From contig NIVC01000186.1 of assembly GCA_002269645.1 (NCBI GenBank), positions 248,001 to 312,000 on the forward strand: DNA of 64,000 bases, read 5' to 3'. This DNA comes from Macrostomum lignano (taxonomy: Eukaryota). The position numbers were made by a program, and so were the translations under genes. Below are positions 26,868 through 63,455 of this stretch, piece after piece; position 1 is the first letter of the stretch, and every line of letters begins with the position of its first letter. The notes beneath the pieces were generated by a model. It had not been told where the DNA came from and did not search any database. It worked only from the letters and a program-made list of their open reading frames with translations.

Positions 26868-29800
26868 CTATCGAGGTCTAAACAGCAATTCAGAAAGGAA
26901 GGGTAGCCTGCCAAAGAGAATAATTTAAAGCTACGGTAGTACAAAATGCAGAGCAGATATTGCCTACGGACGGCTGAACCCGAGGACGCCAGCTGCCTTC
27001 AAGCCATGCTGTAATGAAAGCGTCCGAAAATTTCCTCTAATGACTGTTGGGTCAGCTCCGAGCGTCCATTTTCCATGCATCTGCCTCCATGCTCGATAAT
27101 GCGCAGCCGAATTCTCTCTCTCTGTGTGCTCCGCAGCCTACCCTTAGAATCAGCTGCTGCTGCTGCTGCTGCCGCTGCAGGAATGGATACAAATCCCCCA
27201 CAACCGCAAACCCCTCTTCCATCGCTTCACTCCTCACTAACCTACTGAGCGGATAGCTAGTAATAGATTTTGTACAGACTGTGCTAGCGCAGGCGGGGGC
27301 AGTCCCCCGGGAGGAAATAGGAAGGGGGGAATTAGCTAATTGGACTGACTGGCCGGAGAATACAGAGGAGATAGGTGCGCTCGGGTGGATTTAACAGATT
27401 GAGAAGTTCTCGCCAGTTTACTGCCAGCTATTTCCCCTCTGTCACCGGGACCCATCGTCTTCGCCCTACGGCTCAGCGCTCGCATAGGCAGCCAAGATAG
27501 CTGCTCGAATAGTCATACGAAGAAATCCTCTAGAGGATTTTAATCCCCTTTTTCCTCCCTCTTATTTCATGGCGCGTCTGTCGTCTCTTCTGCACCCTCT
27601 AAATATATTCCAGAAGGAAATGGATGGGGGAATGGCAGGACAGGGCTCAATTTCTCTCTCTCTCTCTCTCTCTCCCTCTCTCTCTCTCTCCTATCAGACT
27701 GAGGCAATGCATTTTGTAGATGAAGAGACCGGATGCTGACTGATGATGGGGACTATAGCTTTATAGGCATCTCGGGGGGACGAGGAAGAGAATGAGAAGA
27801 AAATAATTAACAGCCTGCCTGCCGATGCGAGCGAGCCGTGATATACACTCGCAGAGAGCCTTTGGAGACAAGCCATCAGAGCAGCATTTCGGTTGGCTGC
27901 TGCTGCGAAAAGTGCAGCAGATCGAGTTTTTTTGCTGCGGACAGGTGGCCGAATATTTGCAGTGTTTTTTGTAGCAAACAGGCCTTTCTATCTGCTTTAG
28001 CTATAAAGATATGACTGTCCTCACCGGTAGGTTTGCCTGCAGGGTCGGCAGAAGCAGCACCTTCTGAACCGGCTGTGGGCAGTTCGACTCGGCGCGGATG
28101 ATGAGGTGTCGCACTAAAAGTTCGAGTCACGGACTACTAGTGGTCCTTGGTTCGAGTACTATTGTTTAGCCTCAGTACGTCAAGTTGTTCAAACGGAAAA
28201 GTCATATACATAATCAGTTTTTGCTAGTAAAAATCTAAATTTGCTATTTAATGTAACGCCACACGATAAATTTCTCATAATTCAAGCATTTTTGCTGCTT
28301 CAACTATTCGTATCAGACTTCAGTCATTCAGATACAATGCAGCAGGCCTGTACTAAAGGTAGCTAGCCATCGGATTCCAACGGGCGGATGGGAAGGGACT
28401 GATATTTCTACTGAACAACCAAGGCCACTTTGTACTTTAGATTGCTCAAGCCAGCGGACGAGGCTGCGTGACCCGGCGGTGAGGCATGAGTTCTGTGTCC
28501 TTATTAAGAAAACACAATTTTCTGTCTCCACTTCTCCGATATTCCCCCATTTCCCAGCCGCGGATGCATTGACAGCATTGGCTGATAGAGCGACTGCAGA
28601 TGAACTTAGCAAGCAGTCGCTGGCTGTGGGACTAAACTGACTGCTTCCAGTTGAATTGCTGAAATCAAGCCTACAGAAACTCTTGCTCCCACTAGGAGAC
28701 AATTGACTGGCCGGGCCCCGGCATCCGGGTTTGCATCTGCTAGCTAATTTCTGGGAGCGAGACCCCAAGGGATAGACACAAGTGTGCCGCGCGTCGGTCA
28801 ATAGCAATGCATAAATAATCATAATTTGCGCTGAGGAAAGGGGGGCGGCTCTAAAAAACCCTTGGTCTCTCTTATATTCTCCAGAATTCTCTCTCAGTAC
28901 TCAACTTACCCAACTGCGCTCAAATTTCCCAGTTTACCAGTAGGCCCCAACAGTCCTCTGCTCCAGCGCATTCACCGCCTCCCAGCCCACGGTCCGCCCC
29001 TTTAGTTTTTGAATCCTCTCAGACCTGCACTGCGGCTTGCCGTGTTGGACCACCCCCCTACTCCCAGTGCCACCCTTCCCGCTAACCAGGAGCTCAAAGT
29101 CAACCCCCACCCTCATCCAGAACGGGTTGGCCAGCAGGGAGAAAGGGATTCAAAGGCAACCCTAGAGAGTACAGGAAGAGCTCAGTGCTCTGCCAATGAG
29201 GTACTTGAGCAGCTGCATCCTCTGTACCTATCCGCTGCCTCCCTCCTCGGGTCCCCCCACCTCTGGTCCAGTGCTTTCCATACTAACCAACATTCAGGGA
29301 GGGGGGATGAGGGGGGGGGCGGGGTCGAGGCTGAGCCCAGGGAGGGGATGTAGGCTGCAGCAAGCGCGCTACGCTACGCAAAGGCAGTTTAAATAACGAT
29401 TGCCGGCAAACAGTGCGCGACTGCTTGCCGCCTGATTTATTCATGCCTTAATCAGCAAAATATCAAGTTGGACTACAGAGGTGACAGGCGTAGGAGAGCG
29501 ACAGATTAAGGTAGTTAAGAATTCTTAAAGAGACAATGGATTCGACTGTCACAGTTGTCCTATTTGCCTTAATTTGTCTGTCAGATGTCGGCCAGCAGAC
29601 TCAAGCAGGCTTGGTCACTCTACGAGATTCAGAGTAAGTCCGGTTAATTACCCTACCTGCTTTGACTCATCCACAGTTTAGTTTCATAATCGAAGTGTCA
29701 CGAATTAAGTCACTGTATCCAACTAACAACAGTTAACAAAGAGAACAAGGAATAACTAACGAAATTAAAATACTTCTCAATTGCATTCCAGCATCGATCA

Positions 29801-31065
29801 GTGGGTTGAGAAAATCTCTAAGGATCTGACCGACTTTCGGACAAAACTTGGAGCGACAAAAATCGAAAAAGTAAACTTTATACTCTGATCTCATGCTGGC
29901 TCGTAAATACCTTGTATGTTACTTGTAATATTTTATTCTGTACTCAAGCTTATAAGCGCTGCTTGAGTTGGTGGTTAGTTAGTAAAAGCTCAAATTTGGA
30001 AATTGCAAAGTGATATTCACGATAGCCGTGAGAATAGAGTACATTTTATCCTATTGACTTTTATAGAAATCCTTTTAACCAAAGGTAATCTCTCACCCTT
30101 CTTTTCAGTTATCCCCTCTTTCACTCCTTTCGTCTTTCCCAGGCTTTCTCAATTATCAAAGCATAAGGCAGAAAAAACTGCCCGTAGCTTTTATAACTCA
30201 GGCCGTTTGAAGCAAACTGATTGCTACGGCCCGTTGCCTCGTTTCACCTGGATCAAAAGACCCTGTACTCAGTTGCTACTTCTTGCAGCCTTTTATCTTT
30301 TATCAATATTCCATAGTGTTAGCTTGCGGCGAGACAAGCGAAAACTGATGGCAAAGGGTGTTGCTCCCGGGTGGAGGGGCGGGGAAAATAACTGCGGAAA
30401 GAGGGAAGAGTTGGGAAGAGAAAGAGAATAGGGCCATCGATTCGACTCTGGGAGTAGTAGTCAGAAATTATAGTCTGCTTTTTCTATTCGGCGCGGTGGA
30501 GCATAAATTTTCCACTCGTCGAAATAGATTTTCGAGCTGGGCAAGGCGGGATCCGCTCGCTCTTCCTTCCTCTCTCTCTCTCTTCCTACCGCCATTCTCT
30601 TTTCATTTGATTTTTTCCTAAAACAAGCGGCCTGATCAACTCGCGGTTAGTTACAAGCCACAATTTGAGGTTCCGCAGTAGATGCGATAGTTAATGCCAT
30701 GGGGATCTGTCTTAGCAACTGATCTCTGCACAGATATCCGCTTTTGGAAGTTGTATGTCACTACTATATAAGCCATAGATGTCCACAGACGAAAAAACTC
30801 TGTCTTATTTATTGTTTGAACCACACACGAGGGGATCTAAAATTGGCTAACGAAGTGATGTCCTAACTTTAATCTGTAGACATATTATTGCCGCATAGGT
30901 ACTTGGTGTTAAACAATAAAAAAGGTAAAGCTTTAAATTCGCAATGTCATTAACGTAATTTTGTTAATACTTTTTTACCTGTACGCTTGTAAAACGTTTA
31001 ATGCCTTAGCTGAAGCTTAAGAGTCGAAGCGTGAGGAATAATCGACCCGTCTGTGCTGTCCGCAG

Positions 31066-42487
<11,422 letters not shown>

Positions 42488-42634
42488 TAATCTACCGAGC
42501 GAACAGTATTGAACTTTGAAACTTTGTACACATAGCTGCTGCTGCATGTTTTGTTCGAAAATCTGGTTAAATTTTAATACATCGAATCGAATTTAAGCGA
42601 TAATTTATTAGAAAGTGTTCCTCACCGCCTGCTT

Positions 42635-42801
<167 letters not shown>

Positions 42802-43147
42802 GCTATTGTTCACTTTGCCAATTGCCTGTTGTATGTGCCGATTTGCTTCCATTGTTACAAATAACTTATATTATAATAAACAGTGAATACGCGCACTTAA
42901 AATGCATTAATCCTTCTTACATTCATTTCCGAATAAAATCCCTTACCTGAATAATGAATTCGAAAGACCTCAGAGATAAACCATATAAAGATAGACCTCA
43001 AGGACTACGTAGGCTTACTGATGGTTAAGGGCGTCTCATTACGACTTCGGACTGCAGGTCATCGACCTTGCAGATGCTCGAGAACGTGGCAAACGTCGAA
43101 ATACAAGAGGTACACGAGCTGTTGGCATCCAGCTCCCCAACCCCAAG

Positions 43148-43215
43148 TCTAACCCTAACCCAAACCCTAACCCAAACCCTAACCCAAACCCTAACCCAAA
43201 CCCTAACCCAAACCT
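43148..43215 (+). repeat. Interstitial telomere-like repeat (CCCTAA/CCCAAA alternating)
   Basis: (AACCCTAACCCA)n is visible directly. Confidence 0.8.
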
Positions 43216-43715
43216 AATTAAATTAATTCCCGTTTATATTTACAATTTACAGAACACTTGCGCATCAACATTAATTTCTTGCAAAATTTGCTTTGATCCT
43301 TGAAATAATGAGCAAATTGGAAATCTCAGTAACGTCAACTAAAGTGGAGTAAAGTCAACTAAATGACTGAAACACAATAACATATTTCTGTTTATTTTAA
43401 ATTCTCGAACTCCTACTCTCTCGTTTATCAGTCCGTTAAAACTCAAATAGGATATTTAGGTATTATTTTACTGGAGTGCTCAAAAATATTTGAAAAGTAT
43501 AGAGACAGAGAGGCGTGATTAATATTAACCAATTTCTTGTGCAAAATCTTTCTGTTATTACACTACGTCTAAAGATCAATCCAATTATAAAGATTCAAGC
43601 CCGCCTTTTGGTGCTACGTAAGCGAACTTTCTAAGAAAAATTTGGTCCCAAATAGTTTGAAGCGTCTTCGTCGCAAAAACAACAAGCGTTGAGTCTTCAA
43701 GAGCTCCCCAAATGT

Positions 43716-46700
43716 TCACACTTTATCGTCGGCATTTTTTATATTGTCTTCCTTGTTGTTATTAGCGGCAGCCAGGCTGACTCCTGTAGCGTAGCTGGTG
43801 CTCCGGCTGGAGCCTCTGTCAGCCGGGCGGCCAGTGCACCGCTTGAACGGTCGCAGCATTGGCGCACGGACGAAAGAGACGTCCTTGGCGTAGATGATCC
43901 AGTTGAAGCCGTAGAACACGGCGTACAGCGCGTTAAACAGCAGGCCGAGACCGCTGGTGAACAGCACGTTCAGGTAGAAGCCGACCGGATCGTCTCTGGA
44001 GTTGGCGGCGATCGAGTAGACGGTGCCGACGCCCAGCACAGCGGCAGCTGGCACCAGGGTGACCATGTAGAACATGCTCAGGCTGAAGATCAGCAGCGTC
44101 ACCCTGGCCGCTTTGCGCTCCTCCTTGGCGTTCTGCTGCGACTGTTGAGTCTGCTGCGAGCACTTCTGACTGCTCTGACGGATCTGGCGAATCCGGCAGG
44201 CCAAGAAGGCGTTGAAGCCCAGGATTACCAGCGAGACAATGCCGCCTCGCTGCAGCAGGAACAGGTAGATGGTCACGATGCTGCGCTGGACAGGCAGCCG
44301 AGACGGGACGAAGCACAGGGATGTCAGCACAGGGATGTCAGCGGAGCTCAACGTCTGGCTGATCTCGAACAGGCCGGGCACCGGCGTGGCGCAGCCCAGG
44401 GCCAGCAAGCCTGCGAGGGCGGCAAGGATATAGTGCTAAGTCTGATGTCGCTCATGACTCAAGCCTATTCTATCATTGACCCAAGCCTATTCTATCATGA
44501 CTCAAGCCTATTCTACCATGACCCAAGCCTATTCTATCATGACCCAAGTCTATTCTATCATTGACCCAAGCCTATTCTATCATGACCCAAGTCTATTCTA
44601 TCATTGACCCAAGCCTATTCTATCATGACCCAAGCCTATTCTATCATTGACCCAAGCCTATTCTACCATGACTCAAGCCTATTCTATCATGACCAAAGCC
44701 TATTCTATCATGACCCAAGCCTATTCTATCATTGACTCAAGCCTATTCTATCATGACCCAAGCCTATTCTATCGTGACCCAAGCCTATTCTATTATGACC
44801 CAAGCCTATTCTATCATGACTCAAGCCTATCCCATCATGACCCAAACTTATTCTGTCATGACCCAAACTTATTCTGTCATGACCCAGGTCTAATATATTA
44901 TGACTCCAGCCCATTAGGTTCTGACAAAAATTAATAAGACGTAGGAGTATAGCAATGATTCGATCTTATCTCTCAACGCTCTAAGCTAGCTGACTCCATT
45001 CATTTGTTTAACTTTGATCATCACAACCAAACTGATTTGTGCAATAAAGATAGAGTCGAGCCTGACTTAACTTTCGGGAATTCTTTAATTTTACCATTCT
45101 GTCTGCATTTAAAAGTACAAACGGACAAACAGATATGGAGAAACTAGGTTTCGTCAATGATTTGCTTTGCAGAGCAAATATATGGATTGAGATTTGAGAA
45201 ATCAGAAGAAACTCAATAACGGGAAGTCTTTTTTTCTGAGCTCTCGATAGAAACGAGTTTGAATTACACATTAGACTCCCGTCTCTACCAGTTTTAGAGC
45301 CACACTATCGGTTTAATGAAAGTTAAAGCCCAATTAAAAAAGTTTAGACCGTTCTCTAAACCTACCCGACTCTATACTACTCCTTGACCGAGATAGACAC
45401 CTGACTCTCTCACAGTCTCTGGCCAAGATAGACACCTGAATGACTCTCCACAGTCTCCGGCCATGATAGACACCTGAATGACTCTCTCACAGTCTCTGGC
45501 CAAGATAGACACCGGAATGACTCTCTCACAGTCTCCGGCCAAGATAGACACCTGACTCTCTCACAGTCTCCGGCCAAGATAGACACCGGAATGACTCTCT
45601 CACAGTCTCCGGCCAAGATAGACACCGGAATGACTCTCTCACAGTCTCCGGCCAAGATAGACACCGGAATGACTCTCTCACAGTCTCCGGCCAAGATAGA
45701 CACCTGACTCTCTTACAGTCTCCGGCCATGATAGACACCTGACTCTCTCACAGTCTCCGGCCATGATAGACACCGGAATGACTCTCTCACAGTCTCCGGC
45801 CAAGATAGACACCGGAATGACTCTCTCACAGTCTCCGGCCAAGATAGACACCGGAATGACTCTCTCACAGTCTCCGGCCAAGATAGACACCGGAATGACT
45901 CTCTCACAGTCTCCGGCCAAGATAGACACCTGACTCTCTCACAGTCTCTGGCCAAGATAGACATCTGACTCTCTCACAGTCTCTGGTCAAGATAGACACC
46001 TGACTCTCCCACAGTCTCTGGCCAAGATAGACACCTGACTCTCCCACAGTCTCTGGCCAAGATAGACACCTGACTCTCCTACAGTCTCTGTCTCGGACTG
46101 CTCAGCCATGCCATGAAATGCTCGAACCTATTCCAGCCGCCGCAAACTTGCTCAGCTTCAGCCCGTAGCTCCGATAGCTGAACGGCAGGGTCAACGCGTG
46201 CAGTCGGTCCACCACCAGAGCCACCATAAGCAGCATGGCGAACCCGTTGGCAAAGTTCATGACGAACCCCCCAGAACTTGCAGAACCAGTCCGCCGGGTA
46301 CATTGGGAACTGGAACTCGCCGCGGGTGAACCGGAAAGTGCCGCGATCAACCTAACACGGCGGTGGTTTTTCGTCGATAGAAGATTTATGAAAGATTAAA
46401 ATCGGATTAGCGATTGGGGATTAGCGATTGGGGATTAGGGATTGAGGATTAGCGATTAGGCATTAGGGATTAAGGATTAGGGACAGAGGATTAGCGATTG
46501 AGGATTAGCGATTCGGGAACAGGGATAGAGGATTATCTATTGGGGATTAGGGACTGGGAATTAGCGATGGGGGATTAGGGATAGAGGATTAGCGATTGAG
46601 GAAGAGTGATTCGGTATTAGGGATTCGGAATTAGGGACTGAGGATTAATGATTCGGGATAGAGGATTAGCGATTGGGGATTAGAGATAAAGGACTAGCGA

Positions 46701-47194
46701 TTGAGGAATAGGTATAGAGGATTAGCGATTAGGGACTACCGATTGAGGATTAGCAATTGGGAAATTAGCGATGGGGGAGTAAATTTTTTATGCCGGGGAT
46801 TAGGCGTTCGACACCGGAGATCAGAATCGAGGATTAAGGATCAAAGACTTGGGGATCGTACCGTCTGCGAGAAGAACTGGTGCGACACGATCAGCGCGTT
46901 GGTGGGCAGCAGGCAGCAGATGTACACGTGCGGCTTCGACCAACGCGATCTCGAGCGCAGCATCAGGACGAAGGCGACAAGGTTGCCAAGCAGGCCAACC
47001 AGAAAGCAAGTCGGCACCACAATCAGCGCCACCCAGTTGTTGATCTCCTCCAGTATGAGGATCCGGTTGAAGAGCTCCCGGTACCAGGCGTCGCGGCGAA
47101 TGGCGGACTGGAGCAGCCGAAAGAACATGGCGTAGCGATTGGGCATCCCGCCGCTGCTACCGCCGCCGCCGCCTCCAGTGCTGTTGCTCTCCAT
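43716..47194 (-). CDS. Orphan rhodopsin-class (peptide-receptor-like) GPCR, 3 exons, with an apparent +1 frameshift in a G6 run at 46267-46272
   Basis: Exon 1 47194-46862 has an N-glyc NST site and TM1 GLLGN. Exon 2 46351-46128 has WFCKFWG then, after removing one G, FVMNFANGFAMLLMVALVVDRL (a DRY-like motif). Exon 3 44410-43716 has TM5, ERKAARVTL, TM6 and TM7 FNWIIY. Seven hydrophobic segments in total. Confidence 0.85.
44452..44885. repeat. 21/22-bp minisatellite (CATGACCCAAGCCTATTCTAT), GPCR intron 2
   Basis: Tandem array. Confidence 0.93.
45395..46090. repeat. 39/34-bp minisatellite (GACACCGGAATGACTCTCTCACAGTCTCCGGCCAAGATA), GPCR intron 2
   Basis: Tandem array. Confidence 0.93.
46403..46775. 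repeat. Degenerate GGATTAGCGATT/GGATTAGGGA repeat, GPCR intron 1
   Basis: Tandem array. Confidence 0.85.
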
Positions 47195-47374
47195 GCTTAC
47201 GGAATTCAAAGTGTTTCTATTTTCGACTCACTGTCGGGAAAGTGATCGGGGTTTTATTTATAGAGATTCTGACTGCGTGGCGGCAGCCAATTAGAGATGG
47301 CTTTAAAGCCGATTCTAATAAACTTTTTAATGATCGAAATTTGCTCTATGTTCGGATTGGGCAATCTCAGCCAG

Positions 47375-47615
47375 TGAGATGGTCAGGGTTTAGGCTGAGA
47401 TGGTCATGGTTTACAGTGAGATGGTCATGGTTTAGAGGGAGATGGTCATGGCTTACAGTGAGATGGTCATGGTTTAGGGTGAGATGGTCATGGTTTACAG
47501 TGAGATGGGCATGGTTTAGGGGGAGATAGTCACAGTTTAAGATGAGATGGTCGAAATTTAGGGTGAGATGGTCACAGTTTAGAGTGGTTCATGGGTTTCT
47601 AGAGTGAGATGGTCA
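47375..47615. repeat. 21-bp minisatellite (GTGAGATGGTCATGGTTTA(C/G)(A/G))
   Basis: Tandem array. Confidence 0.85.
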
Positions 47616-48180
47616 TGAGCTAGAGGGACTATGATAGACTCCAAGATGATGATGATCCAGAATATGATAGCAGTTCACAGCAGTTCATAGTCAGTGTGTG
47701 CACATGCTTAAAATTGAGTTATGGTAATCTCTTACGATACTGAATTACCGATGCCAATCGTTCTCAGACTAAAGCATGGAATAAGATAACTGAGATTAGA
47801 AGTTAGAACCAACCCTTAAGTTTGGTCTGGGCGTGGTTTCATCCAGCAGAACTGGATTTTCGCGCCTTTCCTTTTGCTTTCCCTGATGACCAAACATGTT
47901 TTGCACGAGAAGCACAGTCCTTCCAGTTGGCTGGTCAAAAACTAACCATGCAGGTCAGAACTTTGTTGTTTGTCAAAGCAAAAATGAAAACTTTTGATTG
48001 AGGGTTCGAAAGAGATCGGTTTTGCGTGACGTCTTTCATAAGATTGAATGCAATTTTTTATTTCTTGGTTTTCAAAGGAAATCAGTGACAAAGTTAAGGC
48101 AGAAGCGATAAACAAAGATAACTTTACTCTCTGAAGAATGCAACTTTGATTGATAGATCTGAGCAATCTGAGCAAAATCT

Positions 48181-48336
48181 GAGCACTTGCACACAAACGG
48201 TCAAGCCAGAAAATACTGGGTTTAAGAACCGCCGGCACGCGGCGGAGGGGGGCGGAGGAGAGGTGGCTAAGGGGGTGGGGTGGGGTTAACACACTTTACA
48301 CTGAAGCCCACGGAGCAGGCCTAGTGTAAAATAGAC
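48181..48336 (+). repeat. Dispersed ~160-bp repeat, copy 2
   Basis: Matches 21753-21912. Confidence 0.8.
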
Positions 48337-49213
48337 ATTTCTTGCGCGACATCAAGTATGAGCGGTAGGAGTTTGACTTCCTGTCCAGCAACCCGGACCG
48401 ACTCTGCAGAACCTGCCGTGCGCACGCAATATTCACCTCCAGGCACGACAGTTCATATCTCCATCAGGCCAGATAATTAACTGCAATTCAGTCAACGCCG
48501 CGTCCTTCCGCCGCTGTAACCGCACAGTCAACGCTTTTTTTTTCATTTAGAGCACCCGAAAACATGATAACCTCGACATTTCCCATATTCGATGTTCAAA
48601 ATTATTGTAATATTCTTCCTAGTTTACCTCCGTTTTATAACTGAATCTATGACACGCTACTAGCAGTAGTGAATTAAAAAGTTGTTTTTAAATTCTACCC
48701 ATGTTAGGGGGAGAGAAGCGCCAGAACGAGTTGAGAGAGTGGAAGAGGATGGGGAAAACTCGAAAACGCCAGCAGCTGCGAAGGAAGGTCCATAGGATCC
48801 AAGGCATTCGAATGTTCGTTCCAGCTTCACCTTCTGCTCCATCCCCAACCCCTGTTGGAGGCTGCGCACGTGGCTGGGAGAAGGGGGAGGACGCGGTTCA
48901 GCCCCGGAGCCCCCAGCCTCTCTCTCCGAAACAGACAGAAACTTTATCGAGCGCAACTGCTGAGGGAAGCTGGGGGATGTGGTGGATAGTGGGATGCAGC
49001 TGGTCCTGTATTAGTCAGCAATGGGTGGCAGTCCCAATAGCCCTGCGCTGGGGGTTCGGTGCAAGATGAAGGGCGGGCGACGTGCCTGCCTCGCAAAGGT
49101 CTTACATATACTGACCAAGATTCCAGCTTCTACCTGGAGCGAAAGCGAAGTGAAGCCAGCAGAAATTTCCCACCTTTAACGTCTGCATCGTGCGTATTCG
49201 AAGCAGCAACTCC

Positions 49214-60831
<11,618 letters not shown>

Positions 60832-60871
60832 TCCTGATTGACCTTGGCGACTCCGCTGACTGGGTTGGCTG

Positions 60872-61782
60872 AATTGGTGACGGAGTGAGTTGATGACGGA
60901 GTGAATTGATGACGGAGTGAGTTGATGACGGAGTGAGTTGATGACGGAGTGAGTTGATGACGGAGTGAGTTGATGACGGAGTGAGTTGATGACGGAGTGA
61001 GTTGATGACGGAGTGAGTTGGTGACGGAGTGAGTTGGTGACGGAGTGAGTTGATGACGGAGTGAGTTGGTGACGGAGTGAGTTGGTGACGGAGTGAGTTG
61101 ATGACGGAGTGAGTTGATGACGGAGTGAGTTGGTGACGGAGTGAGTTGGTGACGGAGTGAGTTGGTGACGGAGTGAGTTGGTGACGGAGTGAGTTGATGA
61201 CGGAGTGAGTTGGTGACGGAGTGAATTGATGACGGAGTGAGTTGGTGACGGAGTGAGTTGGTGACGTTGTGAGTTGGTGACGTTGTGAGTTGGTGACGTT
61301 GTGAGTTGGTGACGTTGTGAGTTGGTGACGTTGTGAGTTGGTGACGTTGTGAGTTGGTGACGTTGAGAGTTGGTGACGTTGTGAGTTAGTGACGGAGTGA
61401 GTTGGTGACGGAGTGAGTTGGTGACGGAGTGAGTTGGTGACGGAGTGAGTTGGTAACGGAGTGAGTTGGTGACGGAGTGAGTTGGTGACGGAGTGAGTTG
61501 GTGACGGAGTGAGTTGGTGACGGAGTGAGTTGGTGACGGAGTGAGTTGGTGACGGAGTGAGTTGGTGACGGAGTGAGTTGGTAACGGAGTGAGTTGGTGA
61601 CGGAGTGAGTTGGTGACGGAGTGAGTTGGTGACGTTGAGAGTTGGTGACGTTGTGAGTTAGTGACGGAGTGAGTTGGTGACGGAGTGAGTTGGTAACGGA
61701 GTGAGTTGGTGACGGAGTGAGTTGGTGACGGAGTGAGTTGGTGACGGAGTGAGTTGGTGACGGAGTGAGTTGGTGACGGAGA
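60872..61782. repeat. 16-bp minisatellite (GTGAGTTGGTGACGGA) just after the Rbfox stop
   Basis: Tandem array. Confidence 0.95.
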
Positions 61783-62767
61783 GAGCTTCCCTTTTCTCAT
61801 TTTACGGTAATTCGGTAAAACCGCATACATTACTTAAAAAAAACTTCTTTTCACTTTGTTTAATTCGGTTCATTGTTGAACCCTTGGCGTCTCATGAAAA
61901 TGATTTTCAAAAACATTACAAAATAACTCTCTGATAAAGTCTTTAGCCTCACACTGTAACAGACAGTATTAGTTGTGCCTAATGTACTTTGCAATTTGTG
62001 CTGTACATGCTAAGACGTGGCTCTGGCACCACAGCTCACTGACTTTGTGTTAATTAGCATGCACTGTCTGCCTAGTTGGAAAAATAAATATCGTTTACAA
62101 TACCCGTACGTACAGCCAGCAGTGATAGGCTTTTATTGCCTCATTGTTAGATTGTTTCCTTTCGAGGTTACTCACTGACTAAGCTGAGCTGTGCTGAGTT
62201 CGGCTGTGCTCACACGCTTGGGGCAAAAGCCAATTGATCCGCCAAGGAGACCAGGGAGCAGATCATGGACTGCCAGTTCCTGCTCAACCCCCACCCCTCG
62301 GGATTCTACAGTTTGTTTAATTTTGTTAAGCAAACAAGACTTTACTTTCTAAACCTTACTGATTAGTGGTCTCGTTTTTAAATCTGGATAAACTCAATTC
62401 ACCTTGACGGGTGAAATGTTTAAAAATATTGCATGCGCTCTCAGTATGATAATAGTACATTTTTGAACATGCAGATTTCAAGGGAAGAGTTTGTCAGTCC
62501 AGGTTCTGGTCCCAGGCATTCTTGGCCCCTGCTCAACCAACCGGGCAATAGCGCCCACGCACTGGACAAAAGTTGAGGTTTTTTCTCAAGCCACAACTGA
62601 CTGCTTCAAACCAAGAAGTCAGCCACTGTCCGGTCTTCAGTAAAAAATAGAGGCAGAAATTTGATGCAACAGCAGCAGAGCCAGCAACAACGGAAGAGAT
62701 GGTACTCAAGCAGCGGAGGAGAAGCGGGTTTTTGTGACAGGTAAACTGAGATTAATTGATGGCTCGT

Positions 62768-63455
62768 AATGCTGACTAGCTAATGCTGACTGGCTAATGC
62801 TGACTAGCTAATACTGACTAGCTAATGCTGACTAGCTAATGCTGACTAGCTAATTCTGACTAGCTAATGAACACTAGCTAATGAACACTAGCTAATGCTG
62901 ACTAGCTAATGCTGACTAGCTAATGCTGACTAGCTAATGCTGACTAGCTAATTCTGACTAGCTAATGCTGACTAGCTAATTCTGACTAGCTAATGAACAC
63001 TAGCTAATGCTGACTAGCTAATGCTGACTAGCTAATGCTGACTAGCTAATGCTGACTAGCTAATTCTGACTAGCTAATGAACACTAGCTAATGAAAACTA
63101 GCTAATGCTGACTAGCTAATGCTGACTAGCTAATGCTGACTAGCTAATGCTGACTAGCTAATGCTGACTAGCTAATGCTGAATAGCTAATGAACACTAGC
63201 TAATACTGACTAGCTAATGCTGACTAGCTAGTGCTGACTAGCTAATGCTGACTAGCTAATGAACACTAGCGAATGCTGACTAGCTAATGCTGACTAGCTA
63301 ATGCTGACTGGCTAATGCTGACTAGCTAATACTGACTAGCTAATGAGCACTAGCTAATGCTGCCGAGCTAATGCTGACTAGCTAATACTGACTAGCTAAT
63401 GAACACAAGCTAATGCTGACTAGCTAATGCTGACTAGCTAATGAACACTAGCTAA
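62768..63455. repeat. 14-bp minisatellite (GCTAATGCTGACTA)
   Basis: Tandem array. Confidence 0.93.
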
